Assembly: GCF_036365525.1 (NCBI RefSeq)
Contig: NW_027141682.1
Location: forward strand, 744,001 to 808,000
DNA: 64,000 nt
From: Heterodontus francisci
Taxonomy: Eukaryota
Direction: 5' to 3'
Of this stretch, positions 36,895-49,106 are shown in pieces. Numbering within the stretch: position 1 is the stretch's first letter; every line of letters begins with the position of its first letter. The notes under the pieces are model-generated. The model searched no databases. It was given only the letters and a program-made list of their open reading frames with translations, and was not told the origin of the DNA. The position numbers and the translations under genes were made by a program.

Positions 36895-38060
36895 CATGCC
36901 CCTCCACCACCTATGTCACCTCCGCTGCACCATCCATTTACCCTCTCCTATCCCACCCATTTACCCCTTCCACGACCCTTTCCCCTCCCCCACCACTCCC
37001 CCCACAATTTCCATTCACCCCACACCCTCCCTCATCCTTTTTTCTTCCACGACCTACCCTCCACCCACATCCCCACCCGGAGGGAAAATGGCAGGAGGAG
37101 GATAAAGAGGTAGTGGTGGTGGAGGGGTGGGGGAGGGGGAAATGGTTGGGTGGGGAGGGGAGTTGAGGTGTAGGGAAAGGGACGGTGGGGGAGGGAGCGT
37201 GTGCAAGGTTAGGGGACATGAGTGGTGGAAGGGTGTGATGGGGGAGGTGTGGGAGGAGTAATGGGAATAGGGCTAGAAAGGGAGGGGAGGGGAAATGTCT
37301 GGGGCAGGGGATGAGTGGGGGGGCGTGTGGGGGAGGGGGCTGTGGGGGAGGGGAGAGAAAATGGGTGAGGGAGGTTGGGGAGGATAAATGTGTGAGGGAG
37401 CGTGTGTAGGGGCTGGAAAGTGGTGCAGAGGCGAAAGGGGTGGGGAGGGAGAGGGGAGGGATGGTTGTGGGGAATTGCGTGGGGGCGGAGGAGGGTTGGG
37501 AAGCGGGAGGGGAGGAAAAATGGATAGAGGAGAGGGTGGGGTGAGGGAGGCTGAGGAAAAGGGTGGTAGAGAGGAGAAGTGGGGCAGGGGTGCGTAAATG
37601 GGGAGCGGAGGGGTAATTGGTGGGGACAGGCAGAGAAATAGAGAACATGTTAGTGAGAGAGAGAGATAGAGAGAGACAGCCATGAGAGGGACAGACAGAA
37701 AGAGGATGTGATAAGTTGTAATAATCAGTAACAATCCCCATTATCTGCCCAGTCCTGTATTGGTGGTTTAGTATGAGTGTTTAGGGGTGAGTTTTGGATC
37801 AGTGTTTGATATTTCCAAACTACAGTGAAGTTCCCAACGAGGGATAGAGTTAAAGATTCAACATTAAGCAAGAAATGGCTCAAAGCATTACTGTCCAGGG
37901 AAAGAGGTTAAAATAGAGTGATAGTGACAGACAGAGACACAGAGGGAGAGACAGCGGGAGAGTCAGAGAGAGACAGAAAGGGAGATTCAGAGTGAGATTT
38001 GTGGAGAGACAGAGATAGACGTTGAGACAGAGACAAAGCGAAAGGGAGAGAGAGGGAGAA
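36895..38060. repeat. Low-complexity C-rich, G-rich and GA-rich tracts
   Basis: C-runs 36895-37078, G-runs 37080-37630, (GA)n-like 37650-37705 and 37920-38060. Confidence 0.9.
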
Positions 38061-38349
38061 ACAATGAGCGGGAGATGTAGTGCCTCCACCACTATCTGAG
38101 GCAGAGAATTCAAAAGTCGCACAACCCACTGAGAGAAAAAAATATCTCCTCAATATCCAAGATTGGCCGTCTCCAGGATTGTCACTGGGGCAAGATTCTA
38201 ACCAAGAGAGGGTGCACTAGGCTTGTAGGTGTGTGAATTTGGCCCGTGTCTCACACAATCCACACAGTCACTCTCGAAGGAGTCATTATTCTGTTCCACC
38301 TCTCTGGATGCATGTTTGATGGCAATATGGTTATGTTACTGGGCTGGAA

Positions 38350-38720
38350 GATCATAGAAGCCATGGAAAAGTTACGGCACAGACATAGGCCTTTCAGCCC
38401 ATCATGTCTGTGCTGGCTGAAAAAAACTTGCTGCTCATTCTAATCTCACTTTCCAGCACCTAGTATGTCACCTTGCTGGTTACAGCACTTCAGTTGCAGG
38501 TCCGGGTACCTTTTAAATGAGTTAACGGTTTCTGCCTCCACCACCAATACAGCCGTGAATTCCAGACACCAACCACCCTCTGACTGAAAAAGACTTTTTC
38601 CTCATGTCCCCTCTACTCCTTCTACCAATCAGTTTAAATCTGTGCCCCCTGGTAATTGATCTCTCCACTAGGGAACGCAGTTCCTTCCTATCTTCCTATC
38701 CTGCGTTGGATCTTCCCACC
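38350..38720 (-). mobile_element. CR1 3' end relic
   Basis: Reverse complement of the CR1 tail and of the VGVWNS-type C-terminal region. Confidence 0.7.
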
Positions 38721-38739
38721 AATGGTAGCTTTTGAGAGA

Positions 38740-39070
38740 GGTAACTGTCCAGTTCTGGGAATTTTTCAACTTACTCTAGAGTCTCTCCTTCAACATATAT
38801 GGGATATGGAATATTTGGATCACCAGGTGTAGGTTAATATATCAGTTTTAGTTTGGCGAAATTACAGGATAATCAGGTCCCGTCCATGTTGAAGTGAAGA
38901 GATCGAGAGTGGCTTTTAAATCTGAAGCATAGTGGACAATAACACTGCAATTATCCACAAACTATAGATCTGCTGAGAAGAGAAATGCAGATCGAGTGGT
39001 TTGAGGTGAATCTGATGATCACCACAACAATACAATTCATAGAAAGCTCCTACTGAGTGTGTCTGATGGG
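38740..39070 (-). mobile_element. Very decayed RTE-like RT fragment
   Basis: Minus reading ADL*FVDNCSVIVHYASDLKATLDLFT resembles the RTE LLFADDxAL-AHS-DLQ-LD-F motif. Confidence 0.45.
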
Positions 39071-39299
39071 TGATGGTGCTATGTTGAGCAATGCAGCAGG
39101 CCTATCTCCGGTATCAGTTTGACGTCTCTGTCATTCATCTTTTCTGTGAGATTGGATAACAGCCTGCAATTGCCTTCTACTGCAGACTTGTTTCGGGTAT
39201 GTTTCAAAGTAAAGAGGAATAAAAACTCTGTGAATTGAAGACAAAGTGGAAAATTGTGTGCACATGGGAGCACTTGGCTGCTGGTTACACCGCATTACA

Positions 39300-40345
39300 G
39301 AGAATATACAGAACAGAAACAGGCAATTCGGCCCAATCAGTTCATGCTAGCCTTTACACTTCACTCGAGCGACCTCCCATCCTTCCTCATCTAATTCTAC
39401 CATCATAAATTTTATTGCCTTCTCCATCATGTGTTTATCTAGCTTCTCATTGAATGCATATATACCATTCACCTCAGACCACTCCCTATGGCAACCATTC
39501 TCATTACTCTCTGAGTAAAGAAGTTTCTCCTGAATTCCCTCATTGGATTTCGTGGTGGCTACCTTATATTGATGTCCCCTCGATTTACTCTTCGTCACAA
39601 GTGGAAACGTGCTCTTCTTTCCAACTCTATCAAAACTTACCTGAATTTTAAAATCTTCTACCAGTTCACCCTATAGTTTCGGTTTTCAAGAGGAACTGCA
39701 GCCTGTTCATCCTCTCATGTGTACATATAACCTCACAGTACTGGTATCCGTGTAACATTTTTGCACCAACTCCAGTTTGTTGATATCGAGATCAGAACTT
39801 TTCACAGAGCACCAAGTGAGCTCTATCCAGAGGACATGGAGACTGCAATTGTGCACAGTGCTCCAAGTGAGGCCTAACCAAGGGACATGGAGACTGGCAC
39901 TGTACACAGTGCACAAAGGGAGGTCGAGACAAAAAGTTATGGAGACTGGAACTGTGCATAGTGCTCCAAGCGTGATCTTACCAAGGGATATGGAGAACGG
40001 AACTGTGCACAGTGCTCCAAGTGTGGTATAACCGAGTAATATGGAGTCTAGAAATTTGCACAGTGCTCCAAATGTGGTGCAAACAAGGGATACGGAGAGC
40101 CAAATGCGCACAGAGCAGCAAGTGTGGTCTAAAAATGTCAATAGAGATCAGACATGTATACAATGCTTCAAATGTGGACTAACCAAGGTGTGATACAGAG
40201 TAAGATTAACTCCTCCAATTTTCAATGCCATTCCTTTCGAAGTATATATGCATTTGATATGGCCTTGTTAATCTACATCACATCTTTTAGTGATTTGTAA
40301 ATTTGTACTCCCACATCCCTTTGTTCATCTAACACATTTACATTC
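39300..40345 (-). mobile_element. Decayed CR1 3' fragment hosting a minisatellite
   Basis: Minus SRGHQYKV..LDKHM and tail; INKLELVQK upstream. Confidence 0.75.
39803..40190. repeat. 51-bp minisatellite (about 8 units) derived from CR1 coding sequence
   Basis: Unit about GCACAGTGCTCCAAGTGTGGTCTAACCAAGGGATATGGAGACTGGAACTGT recurring near 39851, 39902, 39954, 40005, 40056, 40105. Confidence 0.88.
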
Positions 40346-40346
40346 T

Positions 40347-41345
40347 TTTAAGCAAATAAAGCGGGGGTGGGGCAAGAGATAATCAAACAGAGGGTGTTGA
40401 TAGGACAAGATTACTGAGAATAACTGAAGGTCATTGAGCAAAGGCAAACGGAATGTAAATTGTGTGCTGAAAGCCAAAACGTTAATGCAGAGAGGGTGTT
40501 AATTGACAAAAAAAACTGGTCCAAAGCACAAACATGACAAAGAAAAGTAATGGGTTGGCACATGGTAAAAAAAAATGAATGATGAAACAAAATGAAATAA
40601 AATAAACAAACAAAAAACAAAAAAAAAGCTAAAAATAAAAAAAAGGCCCGACATGCTCTACAAATATTGAACTCGTGTTCAGTCTAGCAGGCAGTTGGGT
40701 GCCTAATCGGTAAATGAGATGCTGTTATCCAGCTTGCGTTGATGTTCACTGGAACACTGCAGCAATCCCAGGGCAGCTATGTGGGCACGAGAGCAGGGAG
40801 GTGTGTTGAAATGGCCAGCAATCGAAAGCTCAGGGTCATGCTTTCAGACTGAGCGGAGGTGTTCCGAAAAACGGTCACCCAATCTGACTTTGGTCTCGCC
40901 AATGTAGAGGAGACCACATTGTGAGCTGCGAATACTGTATATTAAATTGAAAAATGTACAAGTAAATCGCTGCTTCACCTGAAAAGAGTGTTTGGTGCCT
41001 TGAACGGTGAGGAGAGAGGAGGTGAATGATCAGGTATTGCACCTCCTGCGATTGCATTGGAGGGTGCAGGGGGAAGGGGATAAAGTGGTGGGGATAATGG
41101 AGGAGAGAACGAGGGTGTCGCGGAGGTAAAGATCCCTTTGGATTGCTGACAGGGGAGGGGAAGATGCTTTTGGTGGTGGCATTACGCTGAAGGTTGTGGA
41201 AGTGGCAGAGGATGACCCTTTGGATGTGGAGGCTGCTGGGGGGGCGGGCAGTGAGGACAAGGGGAACACAGTAGCGGTTCGGGACGGGAGGGGAAGGGGT
41301 GAGGGTAGAGGTGCGGGTAATAGGCCAGGCTCGGCACAGGGCACA
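40347..41345 (-). mobile_element. Penelope-like element 3' part (GIY-YIG region and partial pLTR)
   Basis: Reverse complement of 47060-48065; CNRRRCNT and HIQRVILCHF motifs. Confidence 0.9.
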
Positions 41346-41357
41346 GAAAACCAAAGG

Positions 41358-44300
41358 CTGAGTCATTGAGTGGGTCTGTTATTATAGTATCACCAAAAGG
41401 GAGAATTACTGAGAGGGTCTGTTATTACAGTATTTCCAGAGGGAGAGTAACTGAGTGGATCCTTTATTATAGCATGTCTACAGGGAGAGTGACGGCAGTG
41501 GATCTGTTAATAAAGTATCTCCACAGGGCGAGTCACTGAGTGGGTTTGCTATCACAGTATTTGCACAAGGAGAATGACTCAGTTGGTCTGTTATTATGGT
41601 ATCTCCACAGGGAGAAACACTGAGCGCGTCTGTTCTTATAGTAACTCCACAGGGAGTGTGATTGAGTGAATCTGCTATTAAACTCTCTCCACAGGCGAGT
41701 CACTGAGTGGGTTTGTTATCAGAATATCTCCACAAGAAGCATGACAGAGTGGGTCTGTTATTGCAGCATCTCCATACGGAGAATCACTGAGTGGGATTGT
41801 TATTATATTATCCCCAATGGGTGAGTCGTTAAGTGGGATTGTTATTCGAGTATCTCCACTGGGAGAGACACTGGGCGAGTCGGTTATTGTAGTATCTCCA
41901 TAGTGGGACTTACTAAGTTGGTCTGTTGCTATTGCAACTTCACAGGTTGAATCTTTAAGAGGGTTTGTGTTTATTGAATGTCCACAGGGAGAGCCCCTGA
42001 GTGGGTCTATTATTATAGTATCACCACAGAGAGGGTGACTGAGTGGATCTGTTATTATATTATCTCCACAGAGAGTATGATTGAATGGATCTGTTATTAT
42101 ATTATCTCCAAAGGAAGAGTCACTGAGTGGGTCTGTTATTCTAGCAGCTCCACAGGGAGAGTGACTGGGTGGTCTGTTATTACAGCATCTTCACAGCTAG
42201 TGTCACTGAATGGATCTGGTTTTATAGTATCTCCAAAGGGAGAGTCACTGAGTGGGTTTCATATTTTAGTATTCCGCCACAGAGAGTGACTGAGCGAACC
42301 TATTATTATAATATCTCCACAGGGAGAGAGAATGAGTCCGTCTGTTATTATTGTATCTTCACAGCTAGAGTGAGTGAATGAACCTGCAATTCCAGTCTTT
42401 CCACAGGAAGACTGACGGATTAGGTCTGCTTCATCGTGTCTGCACAGGCAGTGTGACTGTGTGGGTCTTTTATTATAGTATCTCCACAGGGCGAGAGAAT
42501 GAGTGGTTCTGTTATTATAGTACCTCCACAGAGAGAAGGAATGAATGGGTCTGTACTATAGTATCTACACAGGGCGAGTGAATAAGTGGGTCTGTTATTA
42601 TAGTATCTCCACAGGGAGAGTCAATGACTGGGTCTGTTATTCTATTATATCCACAGGGAGAGTTAATGAGCTTGTCGATTATTAGAGCATCTCCACAGTT
42701 AGAGTCACAGTGTGGGTTTGCTATTCTAATATCTCCACTGGGAGAGACTCTGAGTGGTTCTGTTTTCATAGCAGCTCCACAGTGAGAGTGACGGAGTGGG
42801 TCTGTTCTTCTAGTTTTGCAACAGGGAGAGCCACGGAATGGGTATGTTGTTATATTTTCTCCACAGTGAGAGTTACTGATACTATTATTTTAGTATCTCT
42901 ACAGGGAGACTGACTTAGGAGGTATGTTATCATAGTATTTCCGCAGGGAGAGTAACTGAGTGAGTTTGTTATTACAGTCACTCCACAGGGAGAGTCACCG
43001 AGCGGATCTGTTTGTATGGTATTTCCACAGGATCGTCACTGAGTGGGTCTGTTACAACAATATCTCCACAGGGAGTGTGACGGAGTGGGTCTGTTATTAT
43101 AGCTTCTCCGCAATGAGAGTCACTTTGTGGATCCGTTATTTTTTGTATTTCCATAGGGAGAGTCATTGAGTGGGTCTGTTGTTAAAGTATCTTCACAGGG
43201 AGTCACTGGGTACGTCGGTTATTATCGCATCTCCACTGGGAAAGTGACTGAGTATTTCTGTTATCATACCATCACCACAGGCCGTGTTCACACAGTTTGT
43301 CCATTATTATATATCTCCACAGGGAAACTCACTGAGTGGGTCTGTTATTACGGTATCCCCGCAGGGAACGTGACTGATGTGTCTGTTGTTACAGTATCTC
43401 AACAGGGAGATACACTGAGAGGGTCTGTTATTATAGTATCTCCAGAGGGAGAGTCACTGATGATCTGTTACTGTAGTATCTCAATAGGGACAGTCGCTGA
43501 GCGGACCTGTTATTTTAGTATCTCCAGAGGGAGAGTGATTGATTGGGTCTGTCATTATGGCATCTCCACAGGGAGAGTCACTGAGTGCGGCTGCTTTTCT
43601 ATGGTATCCGCACTGGGCAAGTGACTGAGTGTGTCTGTTACCACAGTACCACCACAGGGAAAGCGACAGAGTGGGTCTGTTATTATAGTATCCCCACAGG
43701 GAAAGTCGCTGAGTTCATCTGTTGTAATAGAATCTCAACAGGGAGAGTCATTGGTGAATCTGTTATTTTCGAATCTCCATAGGGGGAGTGACTGAGTGGG
43801 TCTGTTACAGTATCTCCACAGGGAGTGTGACTGAGTCGCTCTCTTGCTATAGTATCTCCACAGGGGGAGTCACAGATGGCCTCTTATTATATTATCTCCA
43901 CAGGATGAGTGACTGAGTGAGTATGTTATTGCAGTATCCCCTCAGGGAGAGTCAACAGTCCTTGTGTTATTATAATATCTCCTGAGCAACACTGAATGTG
44001 TGGGGCTGTTATTATCGTATCTCCAGAGGGAGACTAACTGAGTGGGTCTATTATTCTCGTATATCCACGGGGGAATTCACTGAGTGGGTCTGTTATTATA
44101 GAATCTGCACAGGGAGAGTCACTGAGTAGATGTATTATTATATGATCTATACTGGGAGAGACAATGAGTTTGTCAGTTATTATAGTATCTCCACACAGAG
44201 AGCATCTGCGTGCGATTCTAATTATAGTATCTCCACCAGGAGACACTGAGTTATGTTGTTGTCATTATTGCATCTCCACAGGGAGAGTCACTGCGTGGGT

Positions 44301-45472
44301 TTTTCATTATAGTACCTGCACAGGGGGCCTTAGAGAGTGGGTCTGTTATTGTAGTGTCTCCAGAGGGATATTGACTGAGTGTGGCTGTTATTATATTATA
44401 TGCACAAAAAAAGTCACTCAGTGGGTCTGTAATTATAGTATCTGCACTGGGAAATGCACAGAGAGAGTCTGTTAGTATCGCATCTCCACAGGGAGAATCA
44501 CTGAGTAGGTCTGTGATCGTTTTACCACAGGGAGAGTCACCAAGTGCTGTATCTCCACGGGAGGGTGACTGAGTGGTCTTTTATTATCGTATCTCCACAG
44601 GGAAAGTGATTGAGTGATCTGTAATAGCACCTTCACCGGGAGAGTCACCAAGAGTATCTTTTGTTTTCGAATTTCGACTGTGTAGTTAATATAGTATCTC
44701 CACAGGGATAGTGACCTCGCAGGTCTGTTATAATAGTATCTCCACAGGGAGAGTGACTGTGTTTGTCTGTTGTTCGAGTACCTGCACAGGGAAATTCACT
44801 GAGTGAGTCTGTTATTATAGTATCTACACAGGGAGAGTCACTGAGTGGGTCTGATGTTATAGTATCTTCACCGAGCGAGCCACTGTGTTGGCCTATTATT
44901 ATAGTATATCCACAGGGAGAGTCACTCAGTTGGCATGTTATTATAGTATATCCACAGGGAGAATCACTGAGTAGGTCTGTTGTTATAGTATCTCCAGAGG
45001 GAGAGTCACTGATGGTTTGTTACTGTAGTATCTCCACAGGGAGAGTCACTGAGTGCGTCTTCTTTCTGCAGTATCTACACTGGGAAAGTGACTTAGTGGG
45101 TCTGTTAATATAGTATCTCCACAGGGAGAGTCTCTGAGTGGATCTGTTGTTATAGTATCTCCACAGGGATAGTGAACTCGCAGGTCTGTTATTATAGTAT
45201 CTCTACAGGGATAGTGACTGTGTTTGTCTGTTGTTAGAGTACCTGCACAGCGAGAGTCACTGAGTGAGCCTGTTATTAGATTTTCTCGACGGGGTGTCTT
45301 AGTGAGTGGATCTGTTGTTATAAAATCTCCACAAGTACAGTCACTGAGTGGGTCGGTTATTGCAGTATTTCCACAAGAAAATTCACTGGGTGTGGCTGTT
45401 AGTATAGAATCTCCACAGGGAGAGTCACCAAGTGGATTTATTATTATATTATCTCACAGGGAGAGACACTGA
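41358..45472. repeat. 42-bp satellite array (about 98 units)
   Basis: Consensus GTATCTCCACAGGGAGAGTCACTGAGTGGGTCTGTTATTATA; 14-aa periodicity in ORFs (ISTGRVTEWVCYYS). Confidence 0.95.
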
Positions 45473-45572
45473 ATTGAATGCAAAATACTGCGGATGCTGG
45501 AAATCTGAAATAAAAACAAGAAATGCTGGAAATACTCAGCAGGTCTGGCAGCATCTGTGGAGAGAGAAGCAG

Positions 45573-45609
45573 AGTTAACGTTTCAGGTCAGTGGCCCATC
45601 TTCAGAACC
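45573..45609 (-). ncRNA. Minimal hammerhead ribozyme-like motif in the inverted pLTR
   Basis: Minus strand GGUU-CUGAAGA-U-GGGCCA-C-UGACCU-GAAAC-GUU-AACU. Confidence 0.65.
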
Positions 45610-48090
45610 GGCAAGTATTAGAAATGTTAAAGGTTATTAGCAAGTAAAGTGGGCGTGCGGCAAGAGATAACAAAGGAGAAGGTGTAGATAGGACAAGGTC
45701 ACAGAATAGCTGACCAGAAGGTCATGGAGCAAAGATATGTTAATGGTGTGCTGAAAGACCCATTCATCCGCCTCCAGCATTCTCCCTCTACTTGGACCCC
45801 TCCCCCCGGCCTCTTACCCGCTCTTGATCTTTTCATTGAAAACTGTTAGCAAGACATTAGTCATCTCAATTTCTCTGCTCCCCTCACTCACTCCAACCTG
45901 TCCTCATCTGAACTTGAAGCACTCCGTTCTCTAAGGTCTAACCCCGACATGGTCATCAAACCTGTTGTTGCATGGCGTACCGACCTCTGCCTTGCAGAGG
46001 CTCAGCGCCAACTTTCAGAAACTTCTTCCTACCGCCCTCTAGACCATGACGCCAACACCGAGCATCAAGCTACTGTCCACAGGACTGTCAGTGACTTCGT
46101 CTCCTCTGGAGATCTTCCGTCTACAGCTTCCAACCTCATAGTACCGCAAACCCGGACAGCCCGCTACTAACTCCTTCACAAAATCCACAAACAGGACTGT
46201 CCCGGCAGACCCATTGTGTCAGTCTTCTCCTGCCCCACTGAATTTATTTCTACCTATCTTGACACTATCTTTTCTCCGCTGGTCCAGTCTCTTCCCACCG
46301 ACATCTGTGACTCTTCTGATGCCCTGCGTCATTTTGACAATTTCCAATTTCATGACCCAACCGCCTCCTCTTCACGATGGACATCCAATCTCTCGACACC
46401 TCCATCCCCCACCAGGATGGTTTGAAGGCCCTCTGCTTCTTCCTTGAACAGTGGCCCAACCAGTCCCCATCCACCACAACCCTCCTCCGCCTGGCTTAAC
46501 TTGTTCTCACATTGAACAATTTCTCCTTCAACTCCACTCACTTCCTTCAAGTAAAAGGTGTTGCGATGGGTACCCGCATGGATCCTAGTTATGCCTGTCT
46601 TTTTGTGGGATATGTCGAAAATTCCTTGCTCCAGTCCTACTCAGGTCCCCTCCCCCAACTCTTTTTCCGGTACTTTGATGAATGTATTGGTTCCATTTCC
46701 TGCTCCTGCCCCGAACTGTAAAACGTTATCAAATTTGCTTCTAATTTCCACCCTTCTCTCACCTTTACATGGTCAATCTCTGATACCACCCTTACCTTCC
46801 TCGACTTCTCTGTTTCTATCTTTGGGGATAGGCTGTCTACTAATATTCATTATATGCCAACCGACTCCCATCGCTACCGCGACAGCACTTCTTCACACCC
46901 TGCCTCCTGCAAGGACTCCATTCCATTCTCCAAGTTTCTCCGTCTCTGACGCATCTGCTCTGATGACGCTACCTTCCATGACAGTGCTTCTGATATGTCT
47001 TCCTTTGTCCTCAACCGAGCATTCCCCCCCACCCACGAAAATCTGTGGTTGACAGGGCCCTCAACCGTGTCCAGCCCATTTCCCGCACCTGTACCCTCAC
47101 CCTGTCCCCTCCCTCCCAGAACCGTGACAGAGTTCCCCTTGTCCTCACTTTCCACCCCATCAGCCTCCATATCCAAAGGATCATCCTCCGCCATTTCCGC
47201 CACCACCAGCGTGATGCCACTAACAAACGCATCTTCTCATCCCTTCCCCCGTCAGCATTCCGAAGGGATCGTTCCCTCCATGACACCCTGATCCAATCCT
47301 CCATTACACCCACCACCTCATCCTCTTCCCTCGGCTCCTTCCCGTGCAATCGCAGGAGGTGTAATACCTGCCCATTTACCTCCTCTCTCCTCACTATCCC
47401 AGGCACCAAACACTCCTTTCAGGTGAAGCAGCGATTTACTTGTACTTCTTTCAATGTAGTAGACTATATTCACTGCTCACACTGTGCTCTACTTTACGTT
47501 GGGTAGACCAAACGCAGACTCGGTGACGACTTTGTGGAACACCTGCGCTCAGTCCGCAAGCAGGACCCTGAGCTTCCGGTTGCTTGCCATTTCAACACTC
47601 ACCCCTGCTCTCATTCCTATTTCTCTGTCCTGGGATTGCTGCAGTGCTCCAGTGAACATCAACGCAAGCTTGAGGAACAGCATCTCATTTACCGATTAGG
47701 CACACTGCAGCCTGCTGGACTGCACATTGAGTTCAATAATTTCAAAGCATGACGGGACCCCCATTTTACTTTTATTTTTAGTACTTTTTTCTTTTTCATT
47801 TTATTCTATATTTTTGACTGTCTATGTTATTTGATTTCATCTCAGTTTGTTCAGTTTGCTTACCCACTGTTTTTTTTCATATTTGCACTTGCAGCTGTTC
47901 AATTTTCAGTCCGTTAACACCCTTTCTGTACTAATCCCTTTCCTTTCAAAACACCATTAACCTATCTTTGATCCATGATCTTATGGTCAGCTATTCTGTG
48001 ACCATGTCCTATCTACACCTTCTCCTTTGTTATCTCTTGCCCTACCCCCACTTTAATTGCTTATAACCTTTTACATTTCTAATACTTGCC

Positions 48091-48127
48091 AGTTCTGAAG
48101 AAGGGTCACTGACCTGAAACATTAACT
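48091..48127 (+). ncRNA. Minimal hammerhead ribozyme-like motif in the 3' pLTR
   Basis: AGUU-CUGAAGA-A-GGGUCA-C-UGACCU-GAAAC-AUU-AACU. Confidence 0.65.
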
Positions 48128-48217
48128 CTGTTTCTCTCTCCACAGATGCTGCCAGACAAGCTGAGTGTTACCAGCATTTCTAGTTTTTATTTCAAATTCC
48201 ATTCTGTTGTTCTTCTG

Positions 48218-48490
48218 TTCTTCACAAGGTCCCAAATAGAAGATTGGTTAAAAGAGTAAATCCCTTGAGAGAAAAGAAAATGTAGCGTGCTGGATGGAAA
48301 ATTGAATCAGTGGCAGAAAGCAAAGGGTAATTGTAATCCCGTGTATTTGCGACTGGAAGGATGTTTCCAGTGGTGTCCCGCACAGCTCAGCAGTAGGTGC
48401 CCTGATTTATGTGATCTATATTCATGATTTGGATGTAAATGTGGGGGCATGATCAATAAGTTTGCAGGCGACACAAAAAATGGCCCTTAT
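48218..48490 (+). mobile_element. CR1 RT fragment
   Basis: KVPN..SSGVPHSS..NKFAGDT remnants; parallels 49195-49470. Confidence 0.7.
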
Positions 48491-48539
48491 TGGACAACTA
48501 ATTGGAGTGAGATTCGGACCTTATCAAACAGTCTCTATT

Positions 48540-49050
48540 ATTCAGTGTCAAATTAATTGTGTGTCTGTCACTCTCTGGCATAGTGTGTATGTGTTGGATT
48601 AATTCAGCGTCTGTCACTCTCTGGTGGAATAATTTTGTAACTGTCAGTCTCTGGGACTGTGTATATGTGTTGGGTGAATTCTGTCTCTGTCACCCTATGG
48701 CACTATGTGCGTGCGTTGGATTAATTCTGCAAATATCTGTGTGTTTAGTGGATTAATGCTAATGCGGATTATCTAATAGTCTCTGGTTGTATGAGTCGGG
48801 GTGGGAATCATTCTGTTTCTGCGACTCTCTCCTCCGGTATGTGACCGAAATACAGTGTGACCCTGTCAGTTTCTGGGATTGGATGTGAGTGTGAGATTCA
48901 TTCCTCATCTGTCAGTCTCCAGTAGTGGTGTCTGAGTGTATGATTCATTCTGGCTCTGACAATAGTTGCACAGTATGTGAAAATGGGAAATATTCTGTGT
49001 CTATCAGTCTCTGATTCTGTTTGTGAGTGATGAATTCAATCAGCATCGAT
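48540..49050. repeat. Very degenerate tandem repeat, unit roughly 40-46 bp
   Basis: Recurrent ATTAATTCTGT.TCTGTCA(C/G)TCTCTGG..TGTG motifs. Confidence 0.55.
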
Positions 49051-49106
49051 CATTCTCTATGCGGCGAAACATATTTTTATTCGTCTCGGTAACACTGCAG
49101 TTATAC

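Larger units (their letters stand above)
45477..48201 (+). mobile_element. Penelope-like retroelement (RT + GIY-YIG), 5'-truncated, with inverted pLTR at the 5' end
   Basis: RT GVAMGTRMDPSYACLF and FRYFDE; GIY-YIG NVVDYIHCSHCALLYVG; 45497-45757 is the reverse complement of 47943-48201; multiple stops. Confidence 0.93.

Noticed and set aside
36938-37741. Proline-rich 267-aa ORF
   Set aside because: By-product of the G-rich low-complexity tract
39803-40190. Repeated perfect CACAGTG heptamers
   Set aside because: Explained by the CR1-derived unit; no nonamers
41358-45472. CRISPR array or repeat-protein gene (ISTGRVTEWVCYYS repeats)
   Set aside because: Units are contiguous with no unique spacers, there are no cas genes and the context is eukaryotic; frequent stops and indels in all frames argue against coding
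41358-45472. RAG recombination-signal-like heptamers (CACAGGG, CACTGAG) in the satellite
   Set aside because: No convincing nonamer at 12/23 spacing, key heptamer bases mismatch, and no V, D or J segments are present
48540-49050. Homology of this degenerate repeat, or of the 45-bp array, to the 42-bp satellite
   Set aside because: Only short shared words such as GTCACTCTC; not distinguishable from chance by eye
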